Below, piece by piece: positions 1 through 9,556 of a stretch of DNA of 64,000 bases. Every line of letters begins with the position of its first letter. Positions within the stretch are counted from its first letter, which is position 1. Under the pieces are notes generated by a model. That model worked only from the letters and a program-made list of their open reading frames with translations. It made no database searches and was not told the origin of the DNA. The stretch lies in contig DAITMO010000001.1 of NCBI GenBank assembly GCA_036835125.1, positions 255,508-319,507 on the forward strand, in the 5' to 3' direction. Origin of the DNA: Patescibacteria group bacterium. GTDB taxonomy: Bacteria; Patescibacteriota; Microgenomatia; UBA8517. The translations under genes and the position numbers were made by a program.

Positions 1-734
1 TAGGGATATTTGAAAGAGTGTTTAGTGTAAATAAAATTTTTAGAGCTGAACCTTCTGTTACAACAAGGCATTTAACTGAAGCTACAAGTTTAGATGCAGA
101 GTTTGGTTTTATAGATGACTGGAAGGACGTTCTAAATATGGAAGAATATGTAGTTCGCTACATTTTTTCTAAGGTAGAGGAAAAATGTGGTGATGAACTT
201 GCTCTTTTTGGAGCAACACTTCCTAAGATGTCTAAAGCGATTCCGGTATTAAAACTACGTGAAGCTCAAGAAATTATTTTTGAAAGGACCGGAAGAGACT
301 CTCGGGCCGAAAAAGATTTGGCACCTGAAGATGAGCGCGAAATCTGTAAGTGGGCAGGAGAAGCAAAGGGAAGTGACTTAGTTTTTATTACACACTTTGT
401 TACAAAGAAAAAACCTTTCTATGTTTATCCAGATCCAGAGGATCCAACTTACGCCTTTTCAGTTGATCTTTTAGGTCGTGGAGTTGAATGGTCAAGTGGT
501 GGACAAAGGTTAAATAACTATAAAGAGATACTTGAACATGTCCACGATTGGGGTTTGAAAGAGAGAGACATAGAGCTTTACTTACAATCGTTTAAGTATG
601 GAGTTCCTCCTCTTGGTGGATTTGCTTTGGGAGCAGAGCGTATGACAATGCATATTTTGGGACTTAAAAATGTTAGAGAAGCCTCTCTTTTTCCAAGAGA
701 CATGGAAAGAGTAGATGTCAGACTTTCAAAATGA
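1..734 (+). CDS. Class IIb aspartyl/asparaginyl-tRNA synthetase, C-terminal part (5' end lies outside the window)
   Basis: The frame is open from the window edge. The translation ...GIFERVFSVNKIFRAEPSVTTRHLTEATSLDAEFGF matches class II motif 2 (RVFEIG.FR.E...RH..EFT.LE). The C-terminal motif 3 reads GVPPLGGFALGAERMTMHILGLKNVREASLFPRD. Confidence 0.7.
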   Translation, partial: GIFERVFSVNKIFRAEPSVTTRHLTEATSLDAEFGFIDDWKDVLNMEEYVVRYIFSKVEEKCGDELALFGATLPKMSKAIPVLKLREAQEIIFERTGRDSRAEKDLAPEDEREICKWAGEAKGSDLVFITHFVTKKKPFYVYPDPEDPTYAFSVDLLGRGVEWSSGGQRLNNYKEILEHVHDWGLKERDIELYLQSFKYGVPPLGGFALGAERMTMHILGLKNVREASLFPRDMERVDVRLSK

Positions 735-1681
735 AGCTTCGATTAAACAATTTCCATCTTCTTATAGTTGCAGGAGCCACTTTTATTTTTGTTTCAACAA
801 CAGCAATGTCAATTAATAAAGTTGCAACAGAAAGGAAGACTGATAGTGTTTCTTCAAAAGTACTATCAGCAAAAACTTTTCCAGATAATCCTGTATTAAA
901 AAATGGTTCTACTTTTCCGATCCTTTCTGCACAGGGAGTTATGGCTAGCGATTTGGGCTCTAGTGTTCCTTTATATGAGAAAAATACTGATACAAAACTA
1001 TTACCTGCTTCTACAACAAAGATAATTACAGCTTTAGTTTCTCTTGATATTTATGAACTTAATGATGTTCTTACAGTTCCAAAAGGCGTAAACGTTGATG
1101 GTCAAAAAATGGGGCTTTTTACTGGAGAACAAATGAAAGTTGAAGATTTGTTATATGGTCTTTTAGTATATTCTGCAAATGATGCTGCAATGACTTTGGC
1201 AATTAATCATCCTGATGGATACGATGCTTTTATTGACGCAATGAACAAAAAAGCAATTGAGCTTAATATGAAAAATTCCTATTTTGAAAATCCCGTTGGA
1301 CTTGATGGAAGTTCCCAGTCAACAACCGCAAAAGATTTACTTCGTGTTTCAGAAGTTGCAATGAGAAATCCAACTTTTGCAAAGATTGTGGGAACAAAAT
1401 CGATTATTGTTACTGATATAACTGGAAAAACTAAATACAATCTTAAAAATATTAATGAACTACTAGGTAACACTCCTGGAGTAATGGGTATCAAAACTGG
1501 ATGGACAGAAAATGCACGAGAAAATTTGGTCACTTTTGTAGAACGAGATGGTCATAGTGTGATAGTTGTTATTCTTGGAAGCCAAGATAGATTTGGTGAA
1601 ACAAAGGAGTTGATAGATTGGATTTTTGAGAATTATGAATGGCAAAAGGTTACGATTCCTACTCCTCAGAATAGTAAGTAG
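731..1681 (+). CDS. D-alanyl-D-alanine carboxypeptidase (peptidase S11, PBP5/6-like)
   Basis: It carries the SxxK motif (ASTTK), the SxN motif (SANDAA) and the KTG motif (KTGWT). There is an N-terminal hydrophobic anchor. The start overlaps the upstream stop as ATGA. Confidence 0.8.
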   Translation: MKLRLNNFHLLIVAGATFIFVSTTAMSINKVATERKTDSVSSKVLSAKTFPDNPVLKNGSTFPILSAQGVMASDLGSSVPLYEKNTDTKLLPASTTKIITALVSLDIYELNDVLTVPKGVNVDGQKMGLFTGEQMKVEDLLYGLLVYSANDAAMTLAINHPDGYDAFIDAMNKKAIELNMKNSYFENPVGLDGSSQSTTAKDLLRVSEVAMRNPTFAKIVGTKSIIVTDITGKTKYNLKNINELLGNTPGVMGIKTGWTENARENLVTFVERDGHSVIVVILGSQDRFGETKELIDWIFENYEWQKVTIPTPQNSK

Positions 1682-2714
1682 AGGCAACAGCAGGTAGGTA
1701 AGCAATAAATCCGTTATCTCCTTCAAATACATAAACAGGTTGGAAATATTCTGTGTCGACATTTGGGTCAAAATACGCAAGATATATTCTTCTAATTTTT
1801 AAGGTGGTGGTCTCTTCGTTAAGACCAATACTTGCTATGAAAGCATTTCCGTTTTGTAACTCTGCATATGCCTCCTCGGGTGTTTTTATTGGATATGTTG
1901 AATACTGAGTTTCATCTACTATATGATAGTGGTATTCAGAAGCAATAATTTTTTGTCCTGTACTACTTGCACCACTCATAATTGCCCAGACATTTGCTTG
2001 GTCAGGTTTTCCTGTTACTACAGGTAGATTGTCATAATCCTTTCTAAATAGATTAATTTTTACAAAATTTGATTCAGATAAAGATAGAGCGCTAGTTAAC
2101 TCTCCATCAGTTATTTTTAGATAATCATGGGTTATTGTTCCATTTAAGTCACTTGGTAACATATTTGCACCTGAAAGGAAGGATTTAAATTCGCTTGCGG
2201 CAACCTCAGCGACTTTCGGTTTATAATTAATTGGGGTAGGGTCAGTTACTAAATCATAGCTAATTGAAAAAGTATTAGAAATAATATTCATCTGTAAGTA
2301 TGAAAAATAGTTTCTGTTTTTAAATTTGTATACAGTTTCCGATATTTGTTGAATGTCAGTATCAAAACCAAGCGCTGCCGATTTACTTTTTGAAGCATCT
2401 AGAGAAAGAAGGTTAGCACTAATTTTAGGCATAAAATAGACTTTAGCCTGGGTTGTAGTGCTTATCGGTAATCCCCCTTCTGGAGTTTCTAATACATAAC
2501 TAAATTTTGCTGTGATTCCATTTTCAGGAAAAGGAATTTTACTAAGTTTTCCATATTTGACTGTTGGAGCAGGAGTTGGAGCAGGAAACACCTTTTTATA
2601 TATTTTTACACCAGTATTTAAGAATATTCTTCCGACAATAAGAAACAACATAAAGTAGATTCCATACCTAATTACCTTCCTTGCAGTTATCGAAATATTG
2701 GTTAAACTTGCCAT
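1659..2714 (-). CDS. Hypothetical membrane-anchored protein
   Basis: A 351-aa ORF with an N-terminal TM helix (IRYGIYFMLFLIVGRIF). I recognise no motif. Confidence 0.4.
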   Translation of the reverse strand: MASLTNISITARKVIRYGIYFMLFLIVGRIFLNTGVKIYKKVFPAPTPAPTVKYGKLSKIPFPENGITAKFSYVLETPEGGLPISTTTQAKVYFMPKISANLLSLDASKSKSAALGFDTDIQQISETVYKFKNRNYFSYLQMNIISNTFSISYDLVTDPTPINYKPKVAEVAASEFKSFLSGANMLPSDLNGTITHDYLKITDGELTSALSLSESNFVKINLFRKDYDNLPVVTGKPDQANVWAIMSGASSTGQKIIASEYHYHIVDETQYSTYPIKTPEEAYAELQNGNAFIASIGLNEETTTLKIRRIYLAYFDPNVDTEYFQPVYVFEGDNGFIAYLPAVASTYYSEE

Positions 2715-2796
2715 CGACTTTAAGTATATCGTGGGTGAAGACTATCTTCAATGTATCCTAATGTAAATCAGCCTCAATATGATGTAAAATCTGATT

Positions 2797-4212
2797 ATGG
2801 ACAAAAAAGTTCGTACAAGGTTTGCACCAAGCCCAACAGGATTTCTTCATATAGGAGGTTTAAGGGCTGCTCTGTTTGAATACGCTTATGCCAAAAGTCT
2901 TGGAGGAGAATTTGTCTTACGCATTGAAGATACAGACAGAAATAGATTTGTTCCAGGAAGTACAGAAAAGCTAATCGAAACTTTAAAAATATTTGGATTA
3001 AATTGGGATGAAGGACCAGAAGTTGGAGGACCATTTGCTCCTTATGTACAATCTGAAAGATTATCTAGTGGAGTATACAAAAAAATAGCTGAAAAATTGG
3101 TTGATGAGGGAAAAGCTTATTACTGTTTTTGTGATAAAAAAACAAAAGATGAAATAAAATTAGAACATGAATCACATAAGATTGAAGTTCGTGATGATTG
3201 TAGAAATCTAACGAAAGATGAAATTAAGAAGCATTTAGAAAATGGAGAAACCCCTGCAATAAGATTGAAGGTTCCAGATGATGGAATAATTTCATACCAT
3301 GATTTTATTTTAGATAAAGATATTGTTTGGAATTGTAAAGATATTGATGAAGCAATGCTTTTTAAATCAGATGGATATCCAACCTATCACCTGGGAGTTG
3401 TTGCAGATGATGTTGAAATGCAGATTACACATATACTTCGTGGTTTTGAATGGATGCCATCAACTCCGATACACTTGCTTCTTTTTAAGTATCTAAATTA
3501 TGAAGCACCAAAAATAGGCCACTTTTCATTAATTTTAGATCCTGAAGGTGGAAAATTATCAAAGAGAAAAAGAAACGTTTCTTGTGAAGATTTTCTTGCA
3601 AATGGATACCTCCCTGAGGCGATTCTAAACTACATCATGCTTCAAGGTTGGGCACCAAAAGACAATAATGAAATATTTTCACTGCCTGAATATGTAGCAA
3701 ATTTTCAAAAAGGGAATTTGCAAATTGCTAATGCAGTTTTTAATCCCGACAAACTTGATTGGTTCAATGGATATTACATTAGGAAACTTTCTGATGAAGA
3801 TTTGAATTCCAAATTTCAGATTGTTAATTCTGATTTTGCCAGTTTGGGTTTTACCAAACAAATAGAAATAACAAAATTAATAAAAGACAGGATTGTCAAA
3901 TTAACGGATTTAAATACTTTTGCAAAATTCTTTTGGGAAACTCCAGAAGTAGAGGCTGCTCTCTTTGGGGAAAATTACAAAGAACACTTGTCGACTGCAA
4001 TTAGTGTTTTAGAATCTTTGGACGATTGGAAATTAGAGAGTCTAAATGAAAAACTGATGGAGGAAATTAAGAGAAAAGAGTATAAAGTGGGAGACTTTTT
4101 CATGACTTTAAGAATTGCAATAACGGGGAGTAAATTTACACCTCCAATAAATGATTCGATAATAATATTGGGTAAAGAAGAAACAATTAAAAGGTTAAAA
4201 AGTGTTAGTTAG
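2797..4212 (+). CDS. gltX: Glutamyl-tRNA synthetase
   Basis: The HIGH-region reads RFAPSPTGFLHIGGLRAALF. The KMSKS-like motif reads KLSKRK. Length is typical for GluRS. Confidence 0.9.
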   Translation: MDKKVRTRFAPSPTGFLHIGGLRAALFEYAYAKSLGGEFVLRIEDTDRNRFVPGSTEKLIETLKIFGLNWDEGPEVGGPFAPYVQSERLSSGVYKKIAEKLVDEGKAYYCFCDKKTKDEIKLEHESHKIEVRDDCRNLTKDEIKKHLENGETPAIRLKVPDDGIISYHDFILDKDIVWNCKDIDEAMLFKSDGYPTYHLGVVADDVEMQITHILRGFEWMPSTPIHLLLFKYLNYEAPKIGHFSLILDPEGGKLSKRKRNVSCEDFLANGYLPEAILNYIMLQGWAPKDNNEIFSLPEYVANFQKGNLQIANAVFNPDKLDWFNGYYIRKLSDEDLNSKFQIVNSDFASLGFTKQIEITKLIKDRIVKLTDLNTFAKFFWETPEVEAALFGENYKEHLSTAISVLESLDDWKLESLNEKLMEEIKRKEYKVGDFFMTLRIAITGSKFTPPINDSIIILGKEETIKRLKSVS

Positions 4213-4229
4213 ATTTTCTTAAAAAATTT

Positions 4230-5165
4230 ATGACTTTTGCTCTGTCCACCACATACAAAACTAATATTGATCCCGAATATGTTCTTAATAAGCTTAGGTT
4301 AAAAAGCTTGAAAGCTGAACGTGATCTTTTTGATAAATATCCTAAAGTTCAAAAGTTTTTTGCTGATAGAGGTGTTGATTTGGGTAAACTCAGAACTCAG
4401 TCTGCAAAGGTTGTAACTACAGGGGCGTTAACTGGAAGTCTTCTTTTTGCTAATCCAAGTGTTTCAAAAGAACTTCCTGTTGTTGCATCAATTATTACGA
4501 GCTTAGATCAGGACAAGGTGGATTCAGGAAAATTGTTGAGTAAAGAAAATTTTATAAAATCATTAAGAAGTATTTTGCCAGAGAGCGTCAGACCTCTTGA
4601 TAGGAGTCAGGAAAAGGCACTAGAACAAGCGATTTTAGGGGCAACTGGTATTAGTACAAAGGCCACTCTTGAAGGGGAGCATCTTAATACCACTTATGGG
4701 TATATAGGATTAGAGCAGCACCTTATGCGATATCCAGGGGACTTTGTTTCCTATATGGCCCCTGGTCGTGGTGCATGGGGATATTTTGCTCCTTCAAAGT
4801 CTGAGCTTACGAAAGATGATATTGAACGCGAGAAATGGTATGTAGTTGTTCAAACTTTATATTTGCCTGACTGGAACAAACGTCTCTCATACCTAAGAGA
4901 TTGGTACAAATATAGAAAAGTAATGGTTGTTAATACTGTTAATGGCAATGCGGTAGTAGGAGATATTGCAGATTCGGGTCCTGCTGCTTTTACAGGAAAA
5001 CAATTTGGAGGAAGTCCTGAGGTTATGGAATCACTAGGAGGAGCAAAATATACAAAAGGGGCTGTATTAGTATTTTTTGTTGATGATCCAGAAAATAAGG
5101 TACCATTAGGTCCAGTAGATTATAATAATGTCAAGGATTTGGGTCTAGAAATGGTACAAGTGTAG
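4230..5165 (+). CDS. Hypothetical protein with a C-terminal RlpA-like double-psi beta-barrel (3D/DPBB) domain
   Basis: The C-terminus reads KVMVVNTVNGNAVVGDIADSGPAAFTGKQFGGSPEVMESLGG. This resembles the RlpA/3D-domain signature (V.V.N..NG..VV.V.DRGP......IDLS..A...LG). Confidence 0.45.
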   Translation: MTFALSTTYKTNIDPEYVLNKLRLKSLKAERDLFDKYPKVQKFFADRGVDLGKLRTQSAKVVTTGALTGSLLFANPSVSKELPVVASIITSLDQDKVDSGKLLSKENFIKSLRSILPESVRPLDRSQEKALEQAILGATGISTKATLEGEHLNTTYGYIGLEQHLMRYPGDFVSYMAPGRGAWGYFAPSKSELTKDDIEREKWYVVVQTLYLPDWNKRLSYLRDWYKYRKVMVVNTVNGNAVVGDIADSGPAAFTGKQFGGSPEVMESLGGAKYTKGAVLVFFVDDPENKVPLGPVDYNNVKDLGLEMVQV

Positions 5166-5181
5166 TAATTTTTTTATTAAT

Positions 5182-5571
5182 ATGACTAAAAATAATTCAA
5201 ATAATCCAACAGAAAAGAATTTCCAGAAAATGGATGAGCTTCTAACGAAGTTTTTCAAAGATCGTCAAGAAAGAGACCAGGCACAAACTGAAATACAAAA
5301 GACAATTGATTATGAGGTTGTTGGAGTAGTCTGTGATAATCTTCCCGAGGAAAAGCATGAAGAGTTTGTAAATCTTTTGGCAGATAATCCAAATGATGGA
5401 GAAGTTGTAAAGAAATATTTGGATGAAAAAGGAATAACTGGGCAAGTTGAGGCAGTATTACAAAAAGTTTCTCACGAGCTTGTTAATGACTTGGAAACTC
5501 AACTTCATGATGAAACAAGTAAAGAACCTCGTCTTGGGGAACCAATGGTAGGAAAAGAACCTGTTAAATAG
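5182..5571 (+). CDS. Hypothetical acidic protein
   Basis: A 129-aa ORF rich in D and E. I recognise no motif. Confidence 0.3.
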   Translation: MTKNNSNNPTEKNFQKMDELLTKFFKDRQERDQAQTEIQKTIDYEVVGVVCDNLPEEKHEEFVNLLADNPNDGEVVKKYLDEKGITGQVEAVLQKVSHELVNDLETQLHDETSKEPRLGEPMVGKEPVK

Positions 5572-5606
5572 TATGAATGACAGAAGTTTATTAATAATTT
5601 AGATTT

Positions 5607-5942
5607 ATGGATAATCATTTTGGTGGAGTAATTTGGACAAATCATGCAATAGATAGATTAAAAGAAAGAGGGATAAAACAGGGAGATGCTTGGGCAACAT
5701 TCAATAGGCCTGAGAGGTCAAGAAAGGGAAAATCTGGCAACTTTGTTTACTATCGAAATTATAATGGTACTCAAATTGAGGTTGTTGCAAAAAAGAATGA
5801 ACAGGGAGAGTGGTTGATTCTTTCTGTATGGTCACGACTTATAAATCCATCAAATTCAAAATATTACTCTTTCAAAAATACGAAGCAAACAGGAAGAGTT
5901 TCATTCTGGCGATGGCTGTACAATTTGATGTTTAAGGTATAA
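5607..5942 (+). CDS. DUF4258-like small protein (putative toxin-type domain)
   Basis: The N-terminal WTNHAIDRLKERGI pattern resembles the DUF4258 family signature (H...R..ERGI). The protein is 111 aa. Confidence 0.4.
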   Translation: MDNHFGGVIWTNHAIDRLKERGIKQGDAWATFNRPERSRKGKSGNFVYYRNYNGTQIEVVAKKNEQGEWLILSVWSRLINPSNSKYYSFKNTKQTGRVSFWRWLYNLMFKV

Positions 5943-5951
5943 AATATTTCA

Positions 5952-6965
5952 TTGTGTATGAAAAAATTATTTAAAAAGAAATGGTTTCGTTGGGTATTAG
6001 GAATTGTTGTTCTTTTGGTCCTTGGGTTTTTTTTGATAGGTGGAAAAAATAAAGGAAAAAGTCAAACAACTACAGTACAAAAAGGAGAAATCAAAGAAGA
6101 ACTTGTCCTAACAGGTACTGTTCAGGCAGATAAACATGTGGTTCTTTATTTTCCAACTGGTGGGAAAATTGCTTGGGTGTCTGTCAAAGAAGGAGATTGG
6201 GTGGTAAAAGGACAGGCATTAACTTCACTTGATAAGACAATATTAAACTCTTCCTATATGCAGGCATTGAATAACTATAGAAATTATCAGGCTGCTGCTG
6301 AGAGCGCTTTAGATACTGTTAAAGATCATTCAAGTGATGAAAGCTTTGCCCAGAAGGCAACAAGAACTGCCGCTGAAGTTGCTAGGGATAATGCATACGA
6401 TGCGGTCCGTGCTGCCGAATACAATTTAGCAAACGCAACTCTTTATGCTCCATTTGAAGGATTTATCACTTCTCTTCCTTTTCCAAATCCTGGAGTGAAT
6501 GTTAATTTTACTGATGCTCAAGTTGAACTACTGGACCCTGAAAGCATCTATTTTGAAGTTGAAGCTGATCAAAGTGAAGTAACAAGTATCAACAAAGATA
6601 TGACTGTATCAATAGTATTAGACTCTTTTAGAGGAAAAGTGGTGAGTGGAAAGGTTTCCTTTGTTAGTTTTGCTCCTGAAGCTAATCAGACAAGTACCAT
6701 TTATAAAGTTAAAGTTGCTTTGGATAAAGAATCTTTGGGAGATCTTATCCCAAGAATTGGAATGAGTGGGGACGCTTCTTTCATTTTGTCTCAAAAGAGT
6801 GATGCTTTTATTGTCCCCACAAGATTTGTAAATACTGATACAGATGGAAAATATGTAAACCTTGGAAAGATGGGAAATAAAATAAAAGTAGAAACTGGTA
6901 TTGAGAGCGAAGATTCTATAGAGATAATTAGTGGTGTAAATGAGGGAGATGTTCTCTTTGATTAA
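5952..6965 (+). CDS. Efflux transporter periplasmic adaptor (HlyD/MacA family)
   Basis: An N-terminal TM helix is followed by biotin-lipoyl-like and beta-barrel segments. It sits directly upstream of an ABC ATPase and permease. Confidence 0.7.
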   Translation: MCMKKLFKKKWFRWVLGIVVLLVLGFFLIGGKNKGKSQTTTVQKGEIKEELVLTGTVQADKHVVLYFPTGGKIAWVSVKEGDWVVKGQALTSLDKTILNSSYMQALNNYRNYQAAAESALDTVKDHSSDESFAQKATRTAAEVARDNAYDAVRAAEYNLANATLYAPFEGFITSLPFPNPGVNVNFTDAQVELLDPESIYFEVEADQSEVTSINKDMTVSIVLDSFRGKVVSGKVSFVSFAPEANQTSTIYKVKVALDKESLGDLIPRIGMSGDASFILSQKSDAFIVPTRFVNTDTDGKYVNLGKMGNKIKVETGIESEDSIEIISGVNEGDVLFD

Positions 6966-6971
6966 AACTCC

Positions 6972-7649
6972 ATGATAATTTTGGAAAATGTAAGTAAGAA
7001 CTACGAATTGGGAGAAGATAATGTTGGTGCTGTTAAAAATGTTAGTCTCACAATAAAAGAAAAAGAATTTGTTGGGATAATGGGAACCTCAGGAAGTGGT
7101 AAGTCTACTCTAATGCATATAATTGGTCTTCTTGAAAAGCCTACCAGTGGGAGAATTCTCCTTAATGGAGAAGATGTGAGTAAATTAACCGATGATGAAC
7201 TTTCAAAAATTAGAAATAAAGAAATAGGATTTGTTTTTCAGGCTTTTAACTTGATTCCAAAGTTTACAGTTTTGGAAAATATTCTTCTTCCGACTCGTTA
7301 CGCAAAGGAGACTTTAAAATACGATCCTGTTAAAAAAGCAGAAGAACTTCTTAAGAAATTTGGAATATTTGAAAGGCGTGACTTTTATCCAAATAAAATA
7401 TCAGGTGGACAACAACAAAGAGTAGCCATTGCAAGAGCTCTTATGATGAGTCCAAAAATTATATTGGCTGATGAGCCTACTGGAAATTTAGATACAAAGA
7501 CGGGTGACGAAATATTAGATATTTTAGCATCCTTAAACAAAGAATTTGGAGTAACAGTAATTTTAGTAACCCATGAACACGATATTGCAGCAAAGACAAA
7601 AAGAAAAATCTTTATCAAAGATGGTGAGATTGTTGAAAAGTATCTTTAA
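6972..7649 (+). CDS. ABC transporter ATP-binding protein (MacB/LolD-like)
   Basis: Walker A is GTSGSGKST. The ABC signature is LSGGQQQRVAIARAL. Walker B is ILADEPTGNLD. Confidence 0.9.
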   Translation: MIILENVSKNYELGEDNVGAVKNVSLTIKEKEFVGIMGTSGSGKSTLMHIIGLLEKPTSGRILLNGEDVSKLTDDELSKIRNKEIGFVFQAFNLIPKFTVLENILLPTRYAKETLKYDPVKKAEELLKKFGIFERRDFYPNKISGGQQQRVAIARALMMSPKIILADEPTGNLDTKTGDEILDILASLNKEFGVTVILVTHEHDIAAKTKRKIFIKDGEIVEKYL

Positions 7650-7711
7650 AAAGTAAGGTGAATATAAAAGAAAAAAATGAAAAAACAAGAAACAAGAAAT
7701 AAAAAATAACA

Positions 7712-8941
7712 ATGAAAATTAAATCAATGTTTAAAATGAAAAAAGTTAATTACAAAGAATATTTGCATTTAGGCAAATCTGCTTTGGAGGATTTTAAAAG
7801 AAATAAGGTAAGGACCGCCCTAACTTCACTTGGAATTTTAATTGGTGTAATGTCCGTTGTACTTTTAATTGCACTTGGTTTGGGGCTTAAAAACTATATT
7901 TCTGAACAATTTGAGAGTATGGGTGCAAATCTTGTTATTATAATGCCGGGGAGTGGATTTTCCGGTACTTCAGGAGGAGCAGGAATTGTAGGGGGGGCTA
8001 GTTTTGATGAGAGAGATATTAATAGCTTAAAAAGAATAAGCGCAGGAAAATATGTTGTTCCAATTTTTATGAAAACTGCTGGAGTGGATGCTGGTGGAGA
8101 AAAAAAGATGGCATATCTTATGGGGGTTAATGAAGATTATTTTGGTCTTTTGAATAAAGAACCAAGCTCTGGGGAATTTTTTACAAAGGCTGATGTTGCT
8201 GCTGGTACTAAAGTTGCAGTTTTGGGTTACAAACTTGCAGAAGATTTGTTTACTGATGCGAATGATGCAGTTGGAAAGACTGTTAGATTTGAAGGCTTAA
8301 GACTAAGAGTAGTTGGGGTAATGGAGAAAACTGGAGATACTCAACAAGACAGTGGGGTAACATTGCCGTATAAAACCACATTTGGAAGTTTAAATCCTGA
8401 AAAAACCTTTTGGTCAATCTATATTGGAGTTGAATCAAAAGATGATGTGGAGGCAGTTAAAAAAGAAGCAAAGGAGATTCTTCTTAAAAGATACAAGGAG
8501 GATGATTTTTCAGTCACTGAACAATCTGAGATACTTTCAACAGTTAATCAGATATTTAGTGTTGTAAACACCATTCTTATTGCCATTGGATCAATCTCAT
8601 TGTTGGTTGGGGGAATTGGGATAATGAACATTATGTATGCAACAGTTACTGAACGAACAAAGGAGATTGGTATTAGAAGAGCCGTTGGAGCAACTCAAAA
8701 AGATATTCTCACACAGTTTTTGATGGAGAGTTTAATTTTATCTGTATTTGGAGGAGTTGCTGGTTTAATTATCGCTTCTCTTATTGTTTTGGTAGTTAGA
8801 ATTTTCTTCCCTGCTTCCATTAATCTTTTTTCAGTTTTAATTACTTTTGGAATTTCATCAGCCATAGGAATTTTCTTTGGAGTCTTTCCTGCAAAAAGAG
8901 CTTCGAAGTTAGCACCAATTGAGGCAATAAGGTATCAGTAG
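7712..8941 (+). CDS. ABC transporter permease (MacB/FtsX-like, large extracytoplasmic domain)
   Basis: An N-terminal TM helix is followed by a large extracytoplasmic domain and three C-terminal TM helices typical of FtsX/MacB permeases. Confidence 0.8.
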   Translation: MKIKSMFKMKKVNYKEYLHLGKSALEDFKRNKVRTALTSLGILIGVMSVVLLIALGLGLKNYISEQFESMGANLVIIMPGSGFSGTSGGAGIVGGASFDERDINSLKRISAGKYVVPIFMKTAGVDAGGEKKMAYLMGVNEDYFGLLNKEPSSGEFFTKADVAAGTKVAVLGYKLAEDLFTDANDAVGKTVRFEGLRLRVVGVMEKTGDTQQDSGVTLPYKTTFGSLNPEKTFWSIYIGVESKDDVEAVKKEAKEILLKRYKEDDFSVTEQSEILSTVNQIFSVVNTILIAIGSISLLVGGIGIMNIMYATVTERTKEIGIRRAVGATQKDILTQFLMESLILSVFGGVAGLIIASLIVLVVRIFFPASINLFSVLITFGISSAIGIFFGVFPAKRASKLAPIEAIRYQ

Positions 8942-8980
8942 GTGTTTTGTCTTTGTTGGGAAATATTATCCCAATATTAA

Positions 8981-9556
8981 TTACTTCAACACAAATCCCT
9001 GACTTTCTCCAAAATCTACAAATCCATTTACATCAAGTAGTGTTTCTGAAATTTTAGAGTCTTTGAAACCTGTCCCTTCTAATTTTGCTCCTGTGAAATT
9101 AGTTTTAACTAAATTACATCTTTCAAAGATTACTCCTGAGACATCAGAGTTTTCAAAAGACGTGTTTTCCAGATCACAAAAAACAAATACTGATTTTGAA
9201 AGATTTATGTTGGCAAACTTACAAGTTTTTAGATCACATTTTTTCAATTCACTTTTACTTGCACCTTTTAATTTTTGGAAGATACAGTTTTCAGAAAGAC
9301 TTTCTGCAAAATCACAAAAAGAAAGAGAAGTATTACTAAAGTCTAGATTACTAAGTTTGCTTCCTGGGAATTTACACTTAGAGAAGCTTACAAGTTCTAA
9401 AAAACTTTCTGAAAAATCACAACTTTTAAAAATGCAGTTTGTATAATTTGTGAATTTAAGGGTAATACCTATAAATTTACAGGATTCAAAGACAATATTG
9501 TCAAAATCTTTTCCTTTTAGTTCTTTTTCTAAATATGCTTTATTTCTAATAATCAT
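8981..9556 (-). CDS. Pentapeptide-repeat protein
   Basis: Tandem 5-residue repeats throughout, for example CKFIGITLKFTNYTNCIFKSCDFSESFLELVSFSKCKF. Confidence 0.7.
   Translation of the reverse strand: MIIRNKAYLEKELKGKDFDNIVFESCKFIGITLKFTNYTNCIFKSCDFSESFLELVSFSKCKFPGSKLSNLDFSNTSLSFCDFAESLSENCIFQKLKGASKSELKKCDLKTCKFANINLSKSVFVFCDLENTSFENSDVSGVIFERCNLVKTNFTGAKLEGTGFKDSKISETLLDVNGFVDFGESQGFVLK

Noticed and set aside
1279-1780. Antisense ORFs 1279..1533 and 1463..1780, minus strand, inside or overlapping the D-Ala-D-Ala carboxypeptidase gene
   Set aside because: They lie entirely antisense to a well-supported CDS and are low-complexity hydrophobic translations. This is typical of AT-rich shadow ORFs.
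7385-7618. Minus-strand 77-aa ORF inside the ABC ATPase gene
   Set aside because: It overlaps Walker B and the signature region of a confident CDS on the other strand. It has no start context.
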